DNA of 47,719 nucleotides, taken from positions 1 to 47,719 of IMG/VR virus record IMGVR_UViG_3300031454_000010. One strand, written 5' to 3'. Below are positions 28,231 through 37,939 of the stretch, in pieces. The notes under the pieces were generated by a model, which was not told the DNA's origin, ran no database searches, and saw only the letters and a program-made list of their open reading frames with translations. Position 1 is the first letter of the stretch. Every line of letters starts with the position of its first letter. This stretch comes from a virus (Duplodnaviria; Caudoviricetes). The position numbers were made by a program, and so were the translations under genes.

Positions 28231-28625
28231 CGCCCCTCCGCTCCCGACGATACCGCCGCACAAATCAACGTCGTGTGCCCGACCAACCGCCGGACTTCTC
28301 TGACGTTGAGTGGGCCCGGCGTGAGCACCGCGCCCGCATCGTCGCGCACGTCCGTGACGCGATGCGCTTCCGTGACCGCCACCCCGGCCGGGATCAGGAC
28401 GTGCCACTCGTGCGTGACGATCGACTCCCCCGCCGTGATCAGCTCGCCTTGCCCGAGCGGCTGGCCGGCGAAGCAGCGGATACCCGTCTGCGGCGCTTCG
28501 TCCGGGCCGGGCGTCGGCACTTCGTACTCATCGTAACTCGTCGCCGCGCCCGGCCCGGTCAAGGTACAGGTGCAGGGCAGATACGGCGTGGTCAGCGCGG
28601 CGATCGTCGCGGCGCTCATCACCAT
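28227..28625 (-). CDS. Head closure (stopper)-like protein
   Basis: Position, size and beta-rich composition. Confidence 0.6.
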   Translation of the reverse strand: MVMSAATIAALTTPYLPCTCTLTGPGAATSYDEYEVPTPGPDEAPQTGIRCFAGQPLGQGELITAGESIVTHEWHVLIPAGVAVTEAHRVTDVRDDAGAVLTPGPLNVREVRRLVGHTTLICAAVSSGAEGR

Positions 28626-29083
28626 CGTCGCACCCGCCACGGCGCATCCTGCGGGAACGCCCCGCCCCGGAAGCGCCCCGCGTTCGGGTCGGGGCCATAC
28701 AGCTCGAGCGGCGCGTACGGGGCGGGCGTCTGCGGGGTGGTGGCGGTCAGCGGCGCGCTCGCCACGCCGCCCGCCGCCGACGCCTGTGCCCGCGCCGTCG
28801 TCAGCTCCCCCAGCACCTCGCCGCGCAGTTCGAGCAGGCGTTTGGCCAGGTCGCTGGCGCTCTGGCTGTGATCGGCGTCGGTGAAGCTGACGATCTGGCG
28901 GGCCTCGCCGAGCGCGAGATCGAGCAGGCCCAGTTTCGTCTCCAGCAGGCGCAGGGCGGGCGTGGCGGCACCCGCGTACCAGGACCACAGCACGTCGTAA
29001 TGCGCCGCGAGCGCGCCGGCGGGGGTGTCCCCGATCTGCGCGATCAGCAACGCCTTGAACTGGGCCTCGGTCGGTGCCACCAT
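28619..29083 (-). CDS. Head-tail adaptor-like protein
   Basis: Position; IGD motif; helical composition. Confidence 0.6.
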   Translation of the reverse strand: MVAPTEAQFKALLIAQIGDTPAGALAAHYDVLWSWYAGAATPALRLLETKLGLLDLALGEARQIVSFTDADHSQSASDLAKRLLELRGEVLGELTTARAQASAAGGVASAPLTATTPQTPAPYAPLELYGPDPNAGRFRGGAFPQDAPWRVRRW

Positions 29084-29106
29084 CGCGCTCCCCCGCCCCC
29101 GCCCGC

Positions 29107-29508
29107 CTACGCCGTCAGGTCGCGCAACTGCCTGATCCGGGCGTCGCCGATCCCCGTCACCGCGCGGAGCTCGTCGTCGGACGCGTCGCGGATCGCCGCG
29201 AAGTCGCGATAGCCATTGGCCGCGAGCGCGGCGGTGGCCTCCAGGCCGACCACCCCGGCCAGCCGCGCGCCCTCGTCCTCCGTGCCGACCGCGCCGCCCG
29301 GTTGCCCGGTGGTCAGGTTCGCGGGCGGCATAGCGCCCGGATCGTACGCGGCGAGCGGCGTCTCGCTCGTCTCCTCGATCGCGCCGAGCAGCAGCAGTCG
29401 CTCGATCGCCGCCCCCTCGCCGCCGAGCTCGGCGGCGGCCACATTCGCGCCCTGCGCGTGCGCGCCCACGCCGCCGTGCATGATCAGGTACCGTTTCGTG
29501 CTGGTCAT
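29107..29508 (-). CDS. Helix-hairpin-helix domain protein
   Basis: LAANGY....IRDASDDELRAVTGIG. Confidence 0.75.
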   Translation of the reverse strand: MTSTKRYLIMHGGVGAHAQGANVAAAELGGEGAAIERLLLLGAIEETSETPLAAYDPGAMPPANLTTGQPGGAVGTEDEGARLAGVVGLEATAALAANGYRDFAAIRDASDDELRAVTGIGDARIRQLRDLTA

Positions 29509-29543
29509 CGTCCCTCCCGTTCTTCGTGCGCCTACGCCGAGGC

Positions 29544-30557
29544 TCAGACGTTCCCGATCACGATCGCCGAGGGCCAGTAGATCACGACCCCGCCGTTGTG
29601 GCCGCGATGGACGTCGATCTTCTTGGGCGGGCGCTCCGACTCGTCCACGATGTCGTAAGGGCCGGGCGCGGCATTGACGTTCTGCGCGTTGCGCGTCAGG
29701 CGGTAGTTCCCGAGGCTCTCGCCGCTGTTGCGCGCCCCCACCGTGACCGTCTTCCCGTCCGGCAGGAAGAGGCGGAAGACGCCGGCGTCGTCGTAGTAGC
29801 CATCGTCCAGCACCTCAACCTGGGGCAGATCGTCGTCCGCGAGGATCGTATTGATCCCGGCGATCGAGTTGTAGGTGCTGCCCGCCGCCGCGCGCCGCCC
29901 GCCGAGATCCGCCGCATTGCTGTTGCTGAGCAGGTTGTTGGCCGTGACCCGATTCATGAAGGTCCGCGCCTTGCGCCCCAGGCTGACCCCGTGGCCGCGC
30001 GACAGCAATTGCTGCGCCTGGAAGTCGCTGCGCGGGGTCGCGGTCCCGCGCGCCGACCAGGGCGTGGTCGCGGTGTAGGTCTGCAAGGGGAACGTCCCCG
30101 CGTGGACCAGCGCGCCGTGCGCGTTGAGCACGGTGAAGGTGCCGGTACTGAGGAGGGCCCAGATCACCTGCCGCATCCGCGCGACCTCGCGCGCGATCAG
30201 CTGCTCCTGCTTCTCGGTCACCAGATCGGCGACCGGGATCGGCGTGCCGAACGTCCCGAACTGGCGGCGGCGGGTCAGTTCGGCCTCGTCGATCGGCAGG
30301 AACTCGCCGTAGACGCCCGGTTCGTAGAGGTACCGCTTCATGCCGAGCGGGGCGACGCGCGGCGGCTCGCCGTTGAGCCCGCGAATCTGCTGCAAGCCGC
30401 GATAGTTGTCCCGCTGCTCCCATTCGAGCAGGTGGTTGTCGGTGAGGGCGATCGGGAACAACTGGAAGGCCGGATCGTCGAGCGCCATCGCGGCCATGAA
30501 GTCCTGGCCGATGGTGGTCAACTCGACCGAGGTCGGGTAGGCGTACTGGTTCGCCAC
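29544..30557 (-). CDS. Major capsid protein (lambda E-like)
   Basis: 337 aa; AAGGAG RBS; follows the protease and decoration genes. Confidence 0.85.
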   Translation of the reverse strand: MANQYAYPTSVELTTIGQDFMAAMALDDPAFQLFPIALTDNHLLEWEQRDNYRGLQQIRGLNGEPPRVAPLGMKRYLYEPGVYGEFLPIDEAELTRRRQFGTFGTPIPVADLVTEKQEQLIAREVARMRQVIWALLSTGTFTVLNAHGALVHAGTFPLQTYTATTPWSARGTATPRSDFQAQQLLSRGHGVSLGRKARTFMNRVTANNLLSNSNAADLGGRRAAAGSTYNSIAGINTILADDDLPQVEVLDDGYYDDAGVFRLFLPDGKTVTVGARNSGESLGNYRLTRNAQNVNAAPGPYDIVDESERPPKKIDVHRGHNGGVVIYWPSAIVIGNV

Positions 30558-30650
30558 GCGAAGCTCCTTTCACACCCCGGACGGGGCGGGCGTCATGGAT
30601 CCCGTCGCTGCGGGGACAGCCGCCGCCGGGGTGTGCCGGGCGGCGTGGGT

Positions 30651-31055
30651 CTAGCCAAACCGGAGAATGCCGTTCGCCAGGGTGCCGCTGATCAGCGCGC
30701 CGCCGAGCGCGGTCAGCGCGCCCGCGTCGAGCCCGGTCAGGTCGGTCGTCTTGAAGACGCCGCGATAGAACGCCGGGACGCTGCGCGCGGGGAGCGCGAT
30801 CTCGTCCGGCAGCGCGATCAGCCCGCCCGCCACGGTGCAGCCGTAGCGCAACACCAGCTTGGCGACCTGCGAGCCGTCGGCGTTGGCGGTGGCGTAGGGC
30901 TTGAAGGTGCCGGGCGTGGCGGTCAGTTCGCCGAGCACCGTGCCGCGCGGGTAGGTGCCGTCCGCGAGATTGACGTGGATCTCCGCCGCGTCGTCGGCCT
31001 CGTAGAACGGGTCGAGGCGATTGCTCGCCGGATCGTAGGTGCTCACCAGGACCAT
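30651..31055 (-). CDS. Head decoration protein
   Basis: GTVLGE...Y.....DGSQ.A..VL motif. Confidence 0.8.
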   Translation of the reverse strand: MVLVSTYDPASNRLDPFYEADDAAEIHVNLADGTYPRGTVLGELTATPGTFKPYATANADGSQVAKLVLRYGCTVAGGLIALPDEIALPARSVPAFYRGVFKTTDLTGLDAGALTALGGALISGTLANGILRFG

Positions 31056-31097
31056 GCCGCCCTCCTCGTCTGTCGTGTCGTGTCGTGTCGTGCCGAC

Positions 31098-32651
31098 CTA
31101 GACGGCCAGCGTCAAGCCCTGCTGCGCGACCAGCGTGGCGATCGTCGCCCGGTGCTCGGCGCTGAGCGCACCCGCGACCGGGATACCGTGCCGCGCCAGG
31201 ATGCCGCGCCCGGTCGGGGTGAACGCGCGCTGCTCCCGCCACCGCTCGGCGGTGAACGGCTCGGCGTCGCCCTCCTGGCGCGTGTGCCGCTCCGACCCCA
31301 CCACGGTCAGCGCGCCATCCTCGCCCTGCCGGAGCGGCAGGAGTTCGGCGGTGAGGTTGTGGGTCGGTCGCGCCGCCTGACGCGCGGCGAGCCCGACCAC
31401 CCTGGACGCCTGCGCCGCGTCGCGCGGGTGCGCGGCGTCATCCTGCGCGGCCTCGCTGTAGGCCGTGACCAGCGCCTCACGCTCAGCCGGGATGGCGCGG
31501 TTGGCCGCGATCTCGGTCTCGGCGAACGCCGCCGCGTCGGTGGCGACGGTGGCCTCGGCGCGCGCCCGTTCGGCCTGGCGCAGCGCGGCAATCTCGGCGC
31601 GCGCCTGCAGCAATTCGTCGTTCGTGGTGTCCGACACGTCGCTCCTCCCCGCGACGATGGGGACGCCGACCGCACCCCCGCTCGCCGTGCTATTCGCCTG
31701 GGCGAAGGGGGCGTCATCGCCCGCCCCGCCCAGCCACGCCATGAACCGCTCCATCCGCCCATGCTGCTCCGTCACGACGCCTCCCGTGTTCCGCGCGGCG
31801 ACGCGCCCCGCGCCCCCGCTCATCCGGCGCGGCTCCCGCGCCCGCTGCTGCAATTCCGCCACGACGCCCTCGAAGCTGCCCAGCCGATCGGCGAGGCCGG
31901 CGTCGATCGCCGCCTGCCCGATCAGCACGTCGCCGCCGAGCGCGATCACCGCGTCCGGCGTCAGGCCGCGATACGTCGCCACCGCGCCGACGAAGACGTC
32001 GGCGAGCGCGTCGACGGTGGCCTGGAGGCGGGACTTCCCCCCCTCGGTGCGCGGATCGAGGCGCTTGTGGGGCGACTGGCTGCTGATGAAGTCGATCGTG
32101 CGACCGGGCCGGGCGGCGGGGTCGGGGACGCCCATGATCACGCCGATGTTGCCGAGTATGGCATCCGCCGCGATCACCACCTCGCCAGCCGCGCTGGCGA
32201 GATAGTAGCCCGCCGACGCGGCCAGCCCGCCGACATAAGCGACGACCGGCTTGCGCTCATTGGCCGCGCGCACCATCGCCGCGAACTCCCCCACGCCGTT
32301 CGCCTCGCCACCCGGCGAATCGACATCGAGGAGGATGCTGCTGATCGCGGGGTTGTCGAGCGCGGCGTGGAGGTCGGTCGCCAGGGTCTCGATGCTGACG
32401 CCGCCGCTGATCGCGGCGAAGACGCTCATGTAGCGCGTGATCACCCCGTCCACCGGGATGATCGCCACGCCATCCCGCACCGCGACGCTGTGCGTGTTGT
32501 CCAAAGGTCTGCCCAGATCGGCGGCGACGGCTTGCGGCGAGAGATTGTCCCGATCGGCGATATGCACCAACGTTTGCAGCATCTCGGGCGTCAGCATCCA
32601 CGGGGCGGAGGCGATGTGGCTACGCACCCGTGCGGCGGGACGATCGCTCAT
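31098..32651 (-). CDS. S49 capsid maturation protease with scaffold-like C-terminus
   Basis: LDVDSPGGE, AASAGYYLAS, GNIGV and GLADRL motifs. Confidence 0.92.
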   Translation of the reverse strand: MSDRPAARVRSHIASAPWMLTPEMLQTLVHIADRDNLSPQAVAADLGRPLDNTHSVAVRDGVAIIPVDGVITRYMSVFAAISGGVSIETLATDLHAALDNPAISSILLDVDSPGGEANGVGEFAAMVRAANERKPVVAYVGGLAASAGYYLASAAGEVVIAADAILGNIGVIMGVPDPAARPGRTIDFISSQSPHKRLDPRTEGGKSRLQATVDALADVFVGAVATYRGLTPDAVIALGGDVLIGQAAIDAGLADRLGSFEGVVAELQQRAREPRRMSGGAGRVAARNTGGVVTEQHGRMERFMAWLGGAGDDAPFAQANSTASGGAVGVPIVAGRSDVSDTTNDELLQARAEIAALRQAERARAEATVATDAAAFAETEIAANRAIPAEREALVTAYSEAAQDDAAHPRDAAQASRVVGLAARQAARPTHNLTAELLPLRQGEDGALTVVGSERHTRQEGDAEPFTAERWREQRAFTPTGRGILARHGIPVAGALSAEHRATIATLVAQQGLTLAV

Positions 32652-34135
32652 GCAGCACCCCCCCCCTGGTTGGCGGTAGCGGGCGTTGTCGGCGTTGTCG
32701 GCGTTGTCGGCGCGCTGGGGTCGGCGGGTTGCGGTGGCGCGGTGAAACGTTCCCGCTCGACGGCAGTTTCGGATGGCTCGCGCGCGGGGAGTCCCAGCGC
32801 GCCATCCACCTGGGGCTTCTGCGAGGGCGTGAACCACCCGGCGCGCTGGAGATTCGCCACCGCGTTCATGCGCGGCGTCAAGTCTTCCTCCTCGACGCCG
32901 CCCAGCGAAACGAGGGGTGTGAGCGCGGCGGCCTGCTCCCCGAAATTGATCGTGGCCCACTGGCGCAGCACGTCGCGCCGGAGCAGCCGCGCGAGCGCCT
33001 TCTTCGCCTGCCGCACGCGCGTGTTCTTGGTGTCCTGGTGGACCTGCGCGGCGGCGCGCGCCTGGTGCTCGCCCTCCGTGGTGGCAAGCGTCTGCCCGCT
33101 GATCGCGAGCGTGATGTCGCGGTTGTACATCGCGAACGCATCGAGGAACGCCGCGCCGGTCCCCTGGCTGAACAACTCCTGGATCGCGGTGCCGAACGGC
33201 ACGGCCAGCGCGGTCCCATTGCGCAGCGCGATCAGCTGCGTCAGCAGCACGTCGACCGCGCGGATCACCGTGCCCGTGGGCTGGCCGTCCGGGCCGGTCT
33301 CCCACTCGTTTTGCGCCCCCTCGCCGAGGATGCCGACCAGGATCGGCGAGGCGAACTGGGTCAGGTATTTGACGTGTTCGATGAGGATCTGCTGCTTGAG
33401 GTTCCACGGGGTGTAGGCGGGGCGCAGGACGCTCGTGCCGCGCGGGTCGCCATCGACCGGGCGGAACGGGAGGTGCGCGAACTTGCCGCGCGGCAGGAGG
33501 TTCGGGGGCGGCTCCCCGCCCGCCGCGACGAAGAGCCCGCCCGGCAGGGTGCCGTACCGGCCGGGCACGCGCGCCAGGAACCCGACGAGGCGATTGTAGC
33601 GGTCCACCACGAACGACACCGCGTCGCGCGGTTTGGGGCGGAGCGCTCGCAGCACCAGGCCGGGCTTCCCGGCCACGTCGCCCGGCGCGTAGACCTGCTC
33701 GGCGACGCGGTTGCCGAGCGCCACGGCGCTCGCCAGATCCCACAGCACGTCGTCGAGCGGCGTGTCGAGATCATCGAGCATCCGTTCGGCGGCGTCGCGG
33801 ATCGTCGCCGCGAGCGCGTGGCCGTCCGCCGACGCGTCGTCCACGGCGGGCGCCAGCACGACGCCATCCTCCAGGATCGCGGCGCGGAAATTGTCGACCT
33901 CGGACGAGACGCGCGCGTCGCAACACATCCGATCGTAGAGGTCGGCCCCGAAATCGCGGGTGATGTCGTCGATATACAGCGGCAGGCCGCGCAGGAACGC
34001 CGTGGACCACACCCCGTTGCCGCCCGCCGCGTATTCGCGCTGCAAGTCGGCGCGCACGGTGAGTCCCGCCCCGGACGGTGCCGACGGCGACCCCTGCGTG
34101 GTGATCCGCTCGGTGATGCGCGCGACCAAGGGCAA
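32648..34135 (-). CDS. Portal protein (DUF935/Mu gp29-like)
   Basis: A..LG..V.E, P.G.S.LRP.Y..W..K, I..AI.GQTL.T and A.VH motifs. Confidence 0.88.
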   Translation of the reverse strand: MPLVARITERITTQGSPSAPSGAGLTVRADLQREYAAGGNGVWSTAFLRGLPLYIDDITRDFGADLYDRMCCDARVSSEVDNFRAAILEDGVVLAPAVDDASADGHALAATIRDAAERMLDDLDTPLDDVLWDLASAVALGNRVAEQVYAPGDVAGKPGLVLRALRPKPRDAVSFVVDRYNRLVGFLARVPGRYGTLPGGLFVAAGGEPPPNLLPRGKFAHLPFRPVDGDPRGTSVLRPAYTPWNLKQQILIEHVKYLTQFASPILVGILGEGAQNEWETGPDGQPTGTVIRAVDVLLTQLIALRNGTALAVPFGTAIQELFSQGTGAAFLDAFAMYNRDITLAISGQTLATTEGEHQARAAAQVHQDTKNTRVRQAKKALARLLRRDVLRQWATINFGEQAAALTPLVSLGGVEEEDLTPRMNAVANLQRAGWFTPSQKPQVDGALGLPAREPSETAVERERFTAPPQPADPSAPTTPTTPTTPATANQGGGAA

Positions 34136-34151
34136 CGACCCCGCCGCCGGA

Positions 34152-34244
34152 CCGTCGTGCGGTCATGTGGCCTGGGGGCCGTCGTGCGGCCGCTGACAAT
34201 AGTGCAATGCCCGAGAGTGTAGGGCGTACACGAACGAATGTCAA
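34152..34244 (-). promoter_or_regulatory. Portal promoter with direct repeat in the leader
   Basis: TTGACA-17-TACACT (34244-34216); CCGCACGACGG twice (34179-34189 and 34152-34162). Confidence 0.75.
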
Positions 34245-34546
34245 CCCTGCTGCTTGACGCGCCCGACACCCGGCTGCGTCGCGGGCACACCGAGCGGGCC
34301 GGGCGGACCGGGCCGGCCCGGCGGGGGTGGCGGGGGTGGCGGCGCATCCGGCGGCGGGACGAGGGGTTCGCCCCGCTGCTCGCCGCCGAGGTAGACGACG
34401 ACGCGCTTGTGACAGCCCCGGCAGTAGACGCCCCGGAGGACGCCGCGCACGAGCGTGGCGGGCGCGATGAAGAGGAGCTGATTGCAGCCCGAGGTGGCGC
34501 AGCGGTAGAACGTCTCGGCGGTCGCGACCGGTCGTCGGGTGTCCAT
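34241..34546 (-). CDS. Small Com-like zinc-finger protein with Pro-rich tail
   Basis: YRCATSGCNQLLF...YCRGC; GGGAGG RBS. Confidence 0.65.
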   Translation of the reverse strand: MDTRRPVATAETFYRCATSGCNQLLFIAPATLVRGVLRGVYCRGCHKRVVVYLGGEQRGEPLVPPPDAPPPPPPPPGRPGPPGPLGVPATQPGVGRVKQQG

Positions 34547-34562
34547 CGCCGCCCTCCCCCGT

Positions 34563-35921
34563 CTATCTGATCGTCGGCACGGCGCGCGCGCCGCCCACCG
34601 CGAACCCCTGGACCGGCAGCGGACGACCCGCCGCAAGAGCAGCGATGGCTGAGGCCATGACGCAATCCTGGGTTAAGTCCCGGTCTTGGTGCGCATAGAT
34701 CGACAACTCGCGCCGCCATTGCGGGAGGTCCGGGGCGACCAATTCGCCGCGCTGCATGAGGAGCTTCAGCGCGTCCAGGGCGTTGCGCTTCGTCTTCGCG
34801 GTGGTGGTGAACGGCTCCACCGCCACGTCCAGGAACTCGATCAGCGGGTCACCGCTGCCATTCGACTCCACCACCACCTTGCCGGGATACCGCCGGGCGC
34901 ACGCCTCGATCCGCGCCGCCTGTTGCGGGTAGGGGAGGTTGAGGTGCCGTTCGTAGGCCACCACGCGGAACGGCGCGGTCGTCACGTCGAAGGTGAGACC
35001 GACGAACGCGTCGTTGTGCCGCCCGATGTCGAAACCGGAGACGTAGCGGTGTCCGCGTTCCGGCCCGGCGAGCGGTGGGGCACCGGGGCGGAACAGCCGG
35101 TCGAGCTCCGCCACGGTGAACACCTCGCCGCCGGAACGGAGGAAGTCCACCGCATATTCCTGGGCGAACTGCTCATCGGTCAGGTGGTCGTCGTTCTTTT
35201 TCTGCTGCGGCCAGTCGGGGATGGTGCGCCAGACCGGGTGGACCTGCCAGGGGAGGAAGTGTGCCGACCACGGGGAAGCGGCATCCTGCGCGTCGAACCA
35301 GAGGCGCGCGAAGAGGTTATCCCGGCCTTTGACGGAGGAGAGGATGATCAGCCGCCCGCCCGTCTCGGCGAGCGTCGGGGTGATCGCGGTGTAGATCTCG
35401 TCGCCGTACTGCATCCACGCCATCTCATCCAAGACGACGAGCGTGGCGGCGACGCCGCGCCCCGCGCCGAGCGTGGCGGACTGGACGGTGATCGAACCGC
35501 CATGGGGGAACACGATGCTCATGGTATTGTCGGTCGTCGGGCGCGCGGGCAGGCGGCTGATCGCGGTACGGACGTATTGCAAGAACTTCGCGGCCTGATC
35601 GCCCGTGCGCGAGACGACGAGGACCGTGCCCCCGGCCAACCCTTCGGCGGCGCAGATGAACGCCACGTCCTGACTGATGCCGATCTGGCGCGACTTGGCG
35701 ACGATGAGACGGTCGGACGGGTCGGCGAGGATGGCGTCCTGGTAGTCGCGCGCCACGTCGGCGTAGCGTAGGACCGCGCCGGCTGCGGTGCGCAGGATGG
35801 CGTGCTGGTGTGCCCACGCGAGCGGTGCGAGTGGGGCCGACGCGGCGACCGGATAGAGCGCGCGGTACTTGGCCCTGGTGCGGGCGTAGCCGGGGGAGTA
35901 GGTCGCAGGCGCTGCGGTCAT
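34563..35921 (-). CDS. terL: Terminase large subunit
   Basis: KSRQIGIS, LVVLDE, F.QEY, GFDIG, VESNG.G and QDCVMA motifs. Confidence 0.93.
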   Translation of the reverse strand: MTAAPATYSPGYARTRAKYRALYPVAASAPLAPLAWAHQHAILRTAAGAVLRYADVARDYQDAILADPSDRLIVAKSRQIGISQDVAFICAAEGLAGGTVLVVSRTGDQAAKFLQYVRTAISRLPARPTTDNTMSIVFPHGGSITVQSATLGAGRGVAATLVVLDEMAWMQYGDEIYTAITPTLAETGGRLIILSSVKGRDNLFARLWFDAQDAASPWSAHFLPWQVHPVWRTIPDWPQQKKNDDHLTDEQFAQEYAVDFLRSGGEVFTVAELDRLFRPGAPPLAGPERGHRYVSGFDIGRHNDAFVGLTFDVTTAPFRVVAYERHLNLPYPQQAARIEACARRYPGKVVVESNGSGDPLIEFLDVAVEPFTTTAKTKRNALDALKLLMQRGELVAPDLPQWRRELSIYAHQDRDLTQDCVMASAIAALAAGRPLPVQGFAVGGARAVPTIR

Positions 35922-35947
35922 CGCGCCTCCTTGTTCCAATACGGTTC

Positions 35948-36367
35948 TCAGCGAGTTGGAGAAACGCTAAGCACCAGATCGCGCTCGATGCTGTCCACCA
36001 CGGCGCGATCGTCGCCCTTGCCGATCTCGGCGGCGATGGCCTCGGCCTCGCGGCGCTTGTCGGTGAGTTCGAGGCGGTCGGACGGCTTGCGCCACTCGCC
36101 CCCGCCGCGCCGTTCCAGGTAGAAGGTGATCGCGGCGACATTGCCCTGCCGCGAGGCGTGGCCGAGATCTTCGACGTAGAGGGCGATGGCCTCGGCTTCC
36201 GCCGTCGCTACTGCCGCAGAAAACACAGGGTAGTGTTTCCGCCAGGCGCGGAGGGTTTCGTAGCTGAGTCCGCTCATGCGCGCCGCATTGGTGAGCGTGT
36301 TGCCCCCCCGGATCGCCTTGACGATCCGCGTGGAGATGTCCTCGTTGTACTTCAGCGGCCTAGCCAT
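35948..36367 (-). CDS. terS: Terminase small subunit
   Basis: HTH IRGGNTLTNAARMSGLSYETLRAW; AA.FYLERR; directly upstream of terL. Confidence 0.8.
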   Translation of the reverse strand: MARPLKYNEDISTRIVKAIRGGNTLTNAARMSGLSYETLRAWRKHYPVFSAAVATAEAEAIALYVEDLGHASRQGNVAAITFYLERRGGGEWRKPSDRLELTDKRREAEAIAAEIGKGDDRAVVDSIERDLVLSVSPTR

Positions 36368-36812
36368 GGATGAGCCTTACCTGGGGATGTTTGGCGGCAT
36401 GACAGGGAACACACAGAGTGAGACCGTTGATCAGGTCGAAGCGGCGATGCGGATGGGTGGCCCAGTGGAGGATGTGCTGGGCATGAAGCGCCCCGCGTGC
36501 GCCGCATTTCCGACAGGTGTGGTTGTCGCGCGCGAAGACCGCGTTACGCCATTTGGCGTACTCGGGGGTATTGCGCCCCCCGCCCGAACCGGCGCGGATG
36601 CGGTTATCGACGGTGGCGATGTCGAGGCGATAGGTGAGCAACAGTCGCTCCCCATCGTGCAGATTACGGAGTTTCGCGTCGAGTTCACGCGTGAACTCCG
36701 CCAATGCCGCCTCGCGAATATCGGCGGTTTGATGAAGTCGCTCCGGGATCACTTGCTCGTGAATCGCTTGGACGATCTCGCGCGTCTTACGCTCTTGCTC
36801 GGTTACGAACAT
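36360..36812 (-). CDS. HNH endonuclease
   Basis: WR.AVF.RD..TC..CG....HI.......RFD..NG.TLC..CH. Confidence 0.9.
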   Translation of the reverse strand: MFVTEQERKTREIVQAIHEQVIPERLHQTADIREAALAEFTRELDAKLRNLHDGERLLLTYRLDIATVDNRIRAGSGGGRNTPEYAKWRNAVFARDNHTCRKCGARGALHAQHILHWATHPHRRFDLINGLTLCVPCHAAKHPQVRLIHG

Positions 36813-36988
36813 CGCGCAATCCTTTCGCCGTGTGGATCGAGCCGTCGCCAGCGGCAGAGGGTGCGGTAGGTGATCCCGGCCACGGCGGCGGAGGTATGGA
36901 GGGTGTTCCCGTTGCGAATGGCGTCAAGGAGCGTCTTTTGAACGGCGAGGCTCTTCCGCTTGTTCGGCGTGCCCTTGGGTTTCGCCAT
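36803..36988 (-). pseudogene. Relic 5' end of the terminase small subunit
   Basis: MAKPK...LLDAIRNGNTLHTSAAVAGITYRTLCRWRRLDP aligns to TerS IVKAIRGGNTLTNAARMSGLSYETLRAWRKHYP. Confidence 0.85.
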
Positions 36989-37031
36989 CGCCCCTCCCCG
37001 TCCGTCGTCCACGCGTCGCCCCTGCCTACTT

Positions 37032-37060
37032 AGTGTACAGGTGACACGATGTTACGTCAA
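37032..37060 (-). promoter_or_regulatory. Promoter of the packaging operon
   Basis: TTGACG-17-TACACT. Confidence 0.75.
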
Positions 37061-37075
37061 TCGGCGGCGGGGCGC

Positions 37076-37315
37076 TCAGCAGTACGCCCCATGGAGCAGC
37101 ACCACCGCGCCGGGCCGGTCGAAGTACGTCTCATGCAGCGTGTAGGGCGCGTCGGCGTGGGGCCGCAGCCCGCGCGCCATGAGCGCCGCATCGAGCAGCG
37201 CGCGGGCCTCGTCCGGGTGGCGCGCCACGATCACGGCGGCCACGCCCACGGGATCGTGGCCGTCATGGTCGGTGCAGAAGTAGAGCAGGTGGCCGGGCGG
37301 GACTGGGGGTCTCAT
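37076..37315 (-). CDS. Hypothetical protein
   Basis: GGAGG RBS, ATGA coupling. Confidence 0.6.
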   Translation of the reverse strand: MRPPVPPGHLLYFCTDHDGHDPVGVAAVIVARHPDEARALLDAALMARGLRPHADAPYTLHETYFDRPGAVVLLHGAYC

Positions 37316-37578
37316 CGCCCCGCCTCCTGCGCCTCGATCGCGTCGGCCAAGGCCACCAATTCCGCCGCCATGGCGCGTGCAAACCCCGGCGACAGGAAAA
37401 AGTCCTGATCGAGATAGCCTCCGGGGCGGTCGTCACGGATGCCGATACAGATCCAGACCTCGCGATCGTCGCGATTGAGCAGCAGGTAGCCAGTCTCGTT
37501 ATTGACACTCCACGCTTGATCGGCATCGTCCTCGACGTCGCAACGGTAGTCGCCCATCGGCGTGCTGTTACCCATCAC
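37312..37578 (-). CDS. Hypothetical protein
   Basis: GGAGGAGG RBS, overlapping operon arrangement. Confidence 0.6.
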   Translation of the reverse strand: MMGNSTPMGDYRCDVEDDADQAWSVNNETGYLLLNRDDREVWICIGIRDDRPGGYLDQDFFLSPGFARAMAAELVALADAIEAQEAGR

Positions 37579-37939
37579 CGCCCTCCTCCCCGTCCCCCGC
37601 CCCGGTCGCGGCGGCGCGGCGCGCGGCGAGGGCGGCGCGCCACGCGTCGATGCGACCCTCCAGGGCGGTGAGATCGTCGCCTTCCTTCTCGTTGTCGGCC
37701 TGGTAGCCCGCCAGCCACACCATCAGGCACTCCCCCAGCATGTCGCGCGCCTCATCCAGTGCCGCCGCGTCCGCCCGCTCGCGCGCCTGAGCGGCGGCGA
37801 GCGCGTCGAGGATGAGCGTGAGGTCCGCCCGCAGCGTCCCGTAGAGATCGCCGGACACCACCCATGGCTGCCCATCCGCGAAGGCCCGCAGCCGCGCCAC
37901 GGCCCCGTCCGGCGCGGCCCCCGTCGTCTCACTGGCCAT
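37568..37939 (-). CDS. Hypothetical protein
   Basis: Overlapping operon arrangement. Confidence 0.6.
   Translation of the reverse strand: MASETTGAAPDGAVARLRAFADGQPWVVSGDLYGTLRADLTLILDALAAAQARERADAAALDEARDMLGECLMVWLAGYQADNEKEGDDLTALEGRIDAWRAALAARRAAATGAGDGEEGGDG

Noticed and set aside
31073-31092. (CACGA)4 tract before the decoration gene RBS, and 9-bp PTT repeats at the portal C-terminus
   Set aside because: Short simple repeats with no evidence of function.
14913-33416. Very long plus-strand ORFs (1167, 1195 and 1296 aa)
   Set aside because: They are antisense shadows of high-GC phage genes, Arg/Gly-rich with no recognisable motifs.
34231-34244. LexA-box-like CGAACGAATGTCAA over the portal promoter
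   Set aside because: The second half-site mismatches GTTC.
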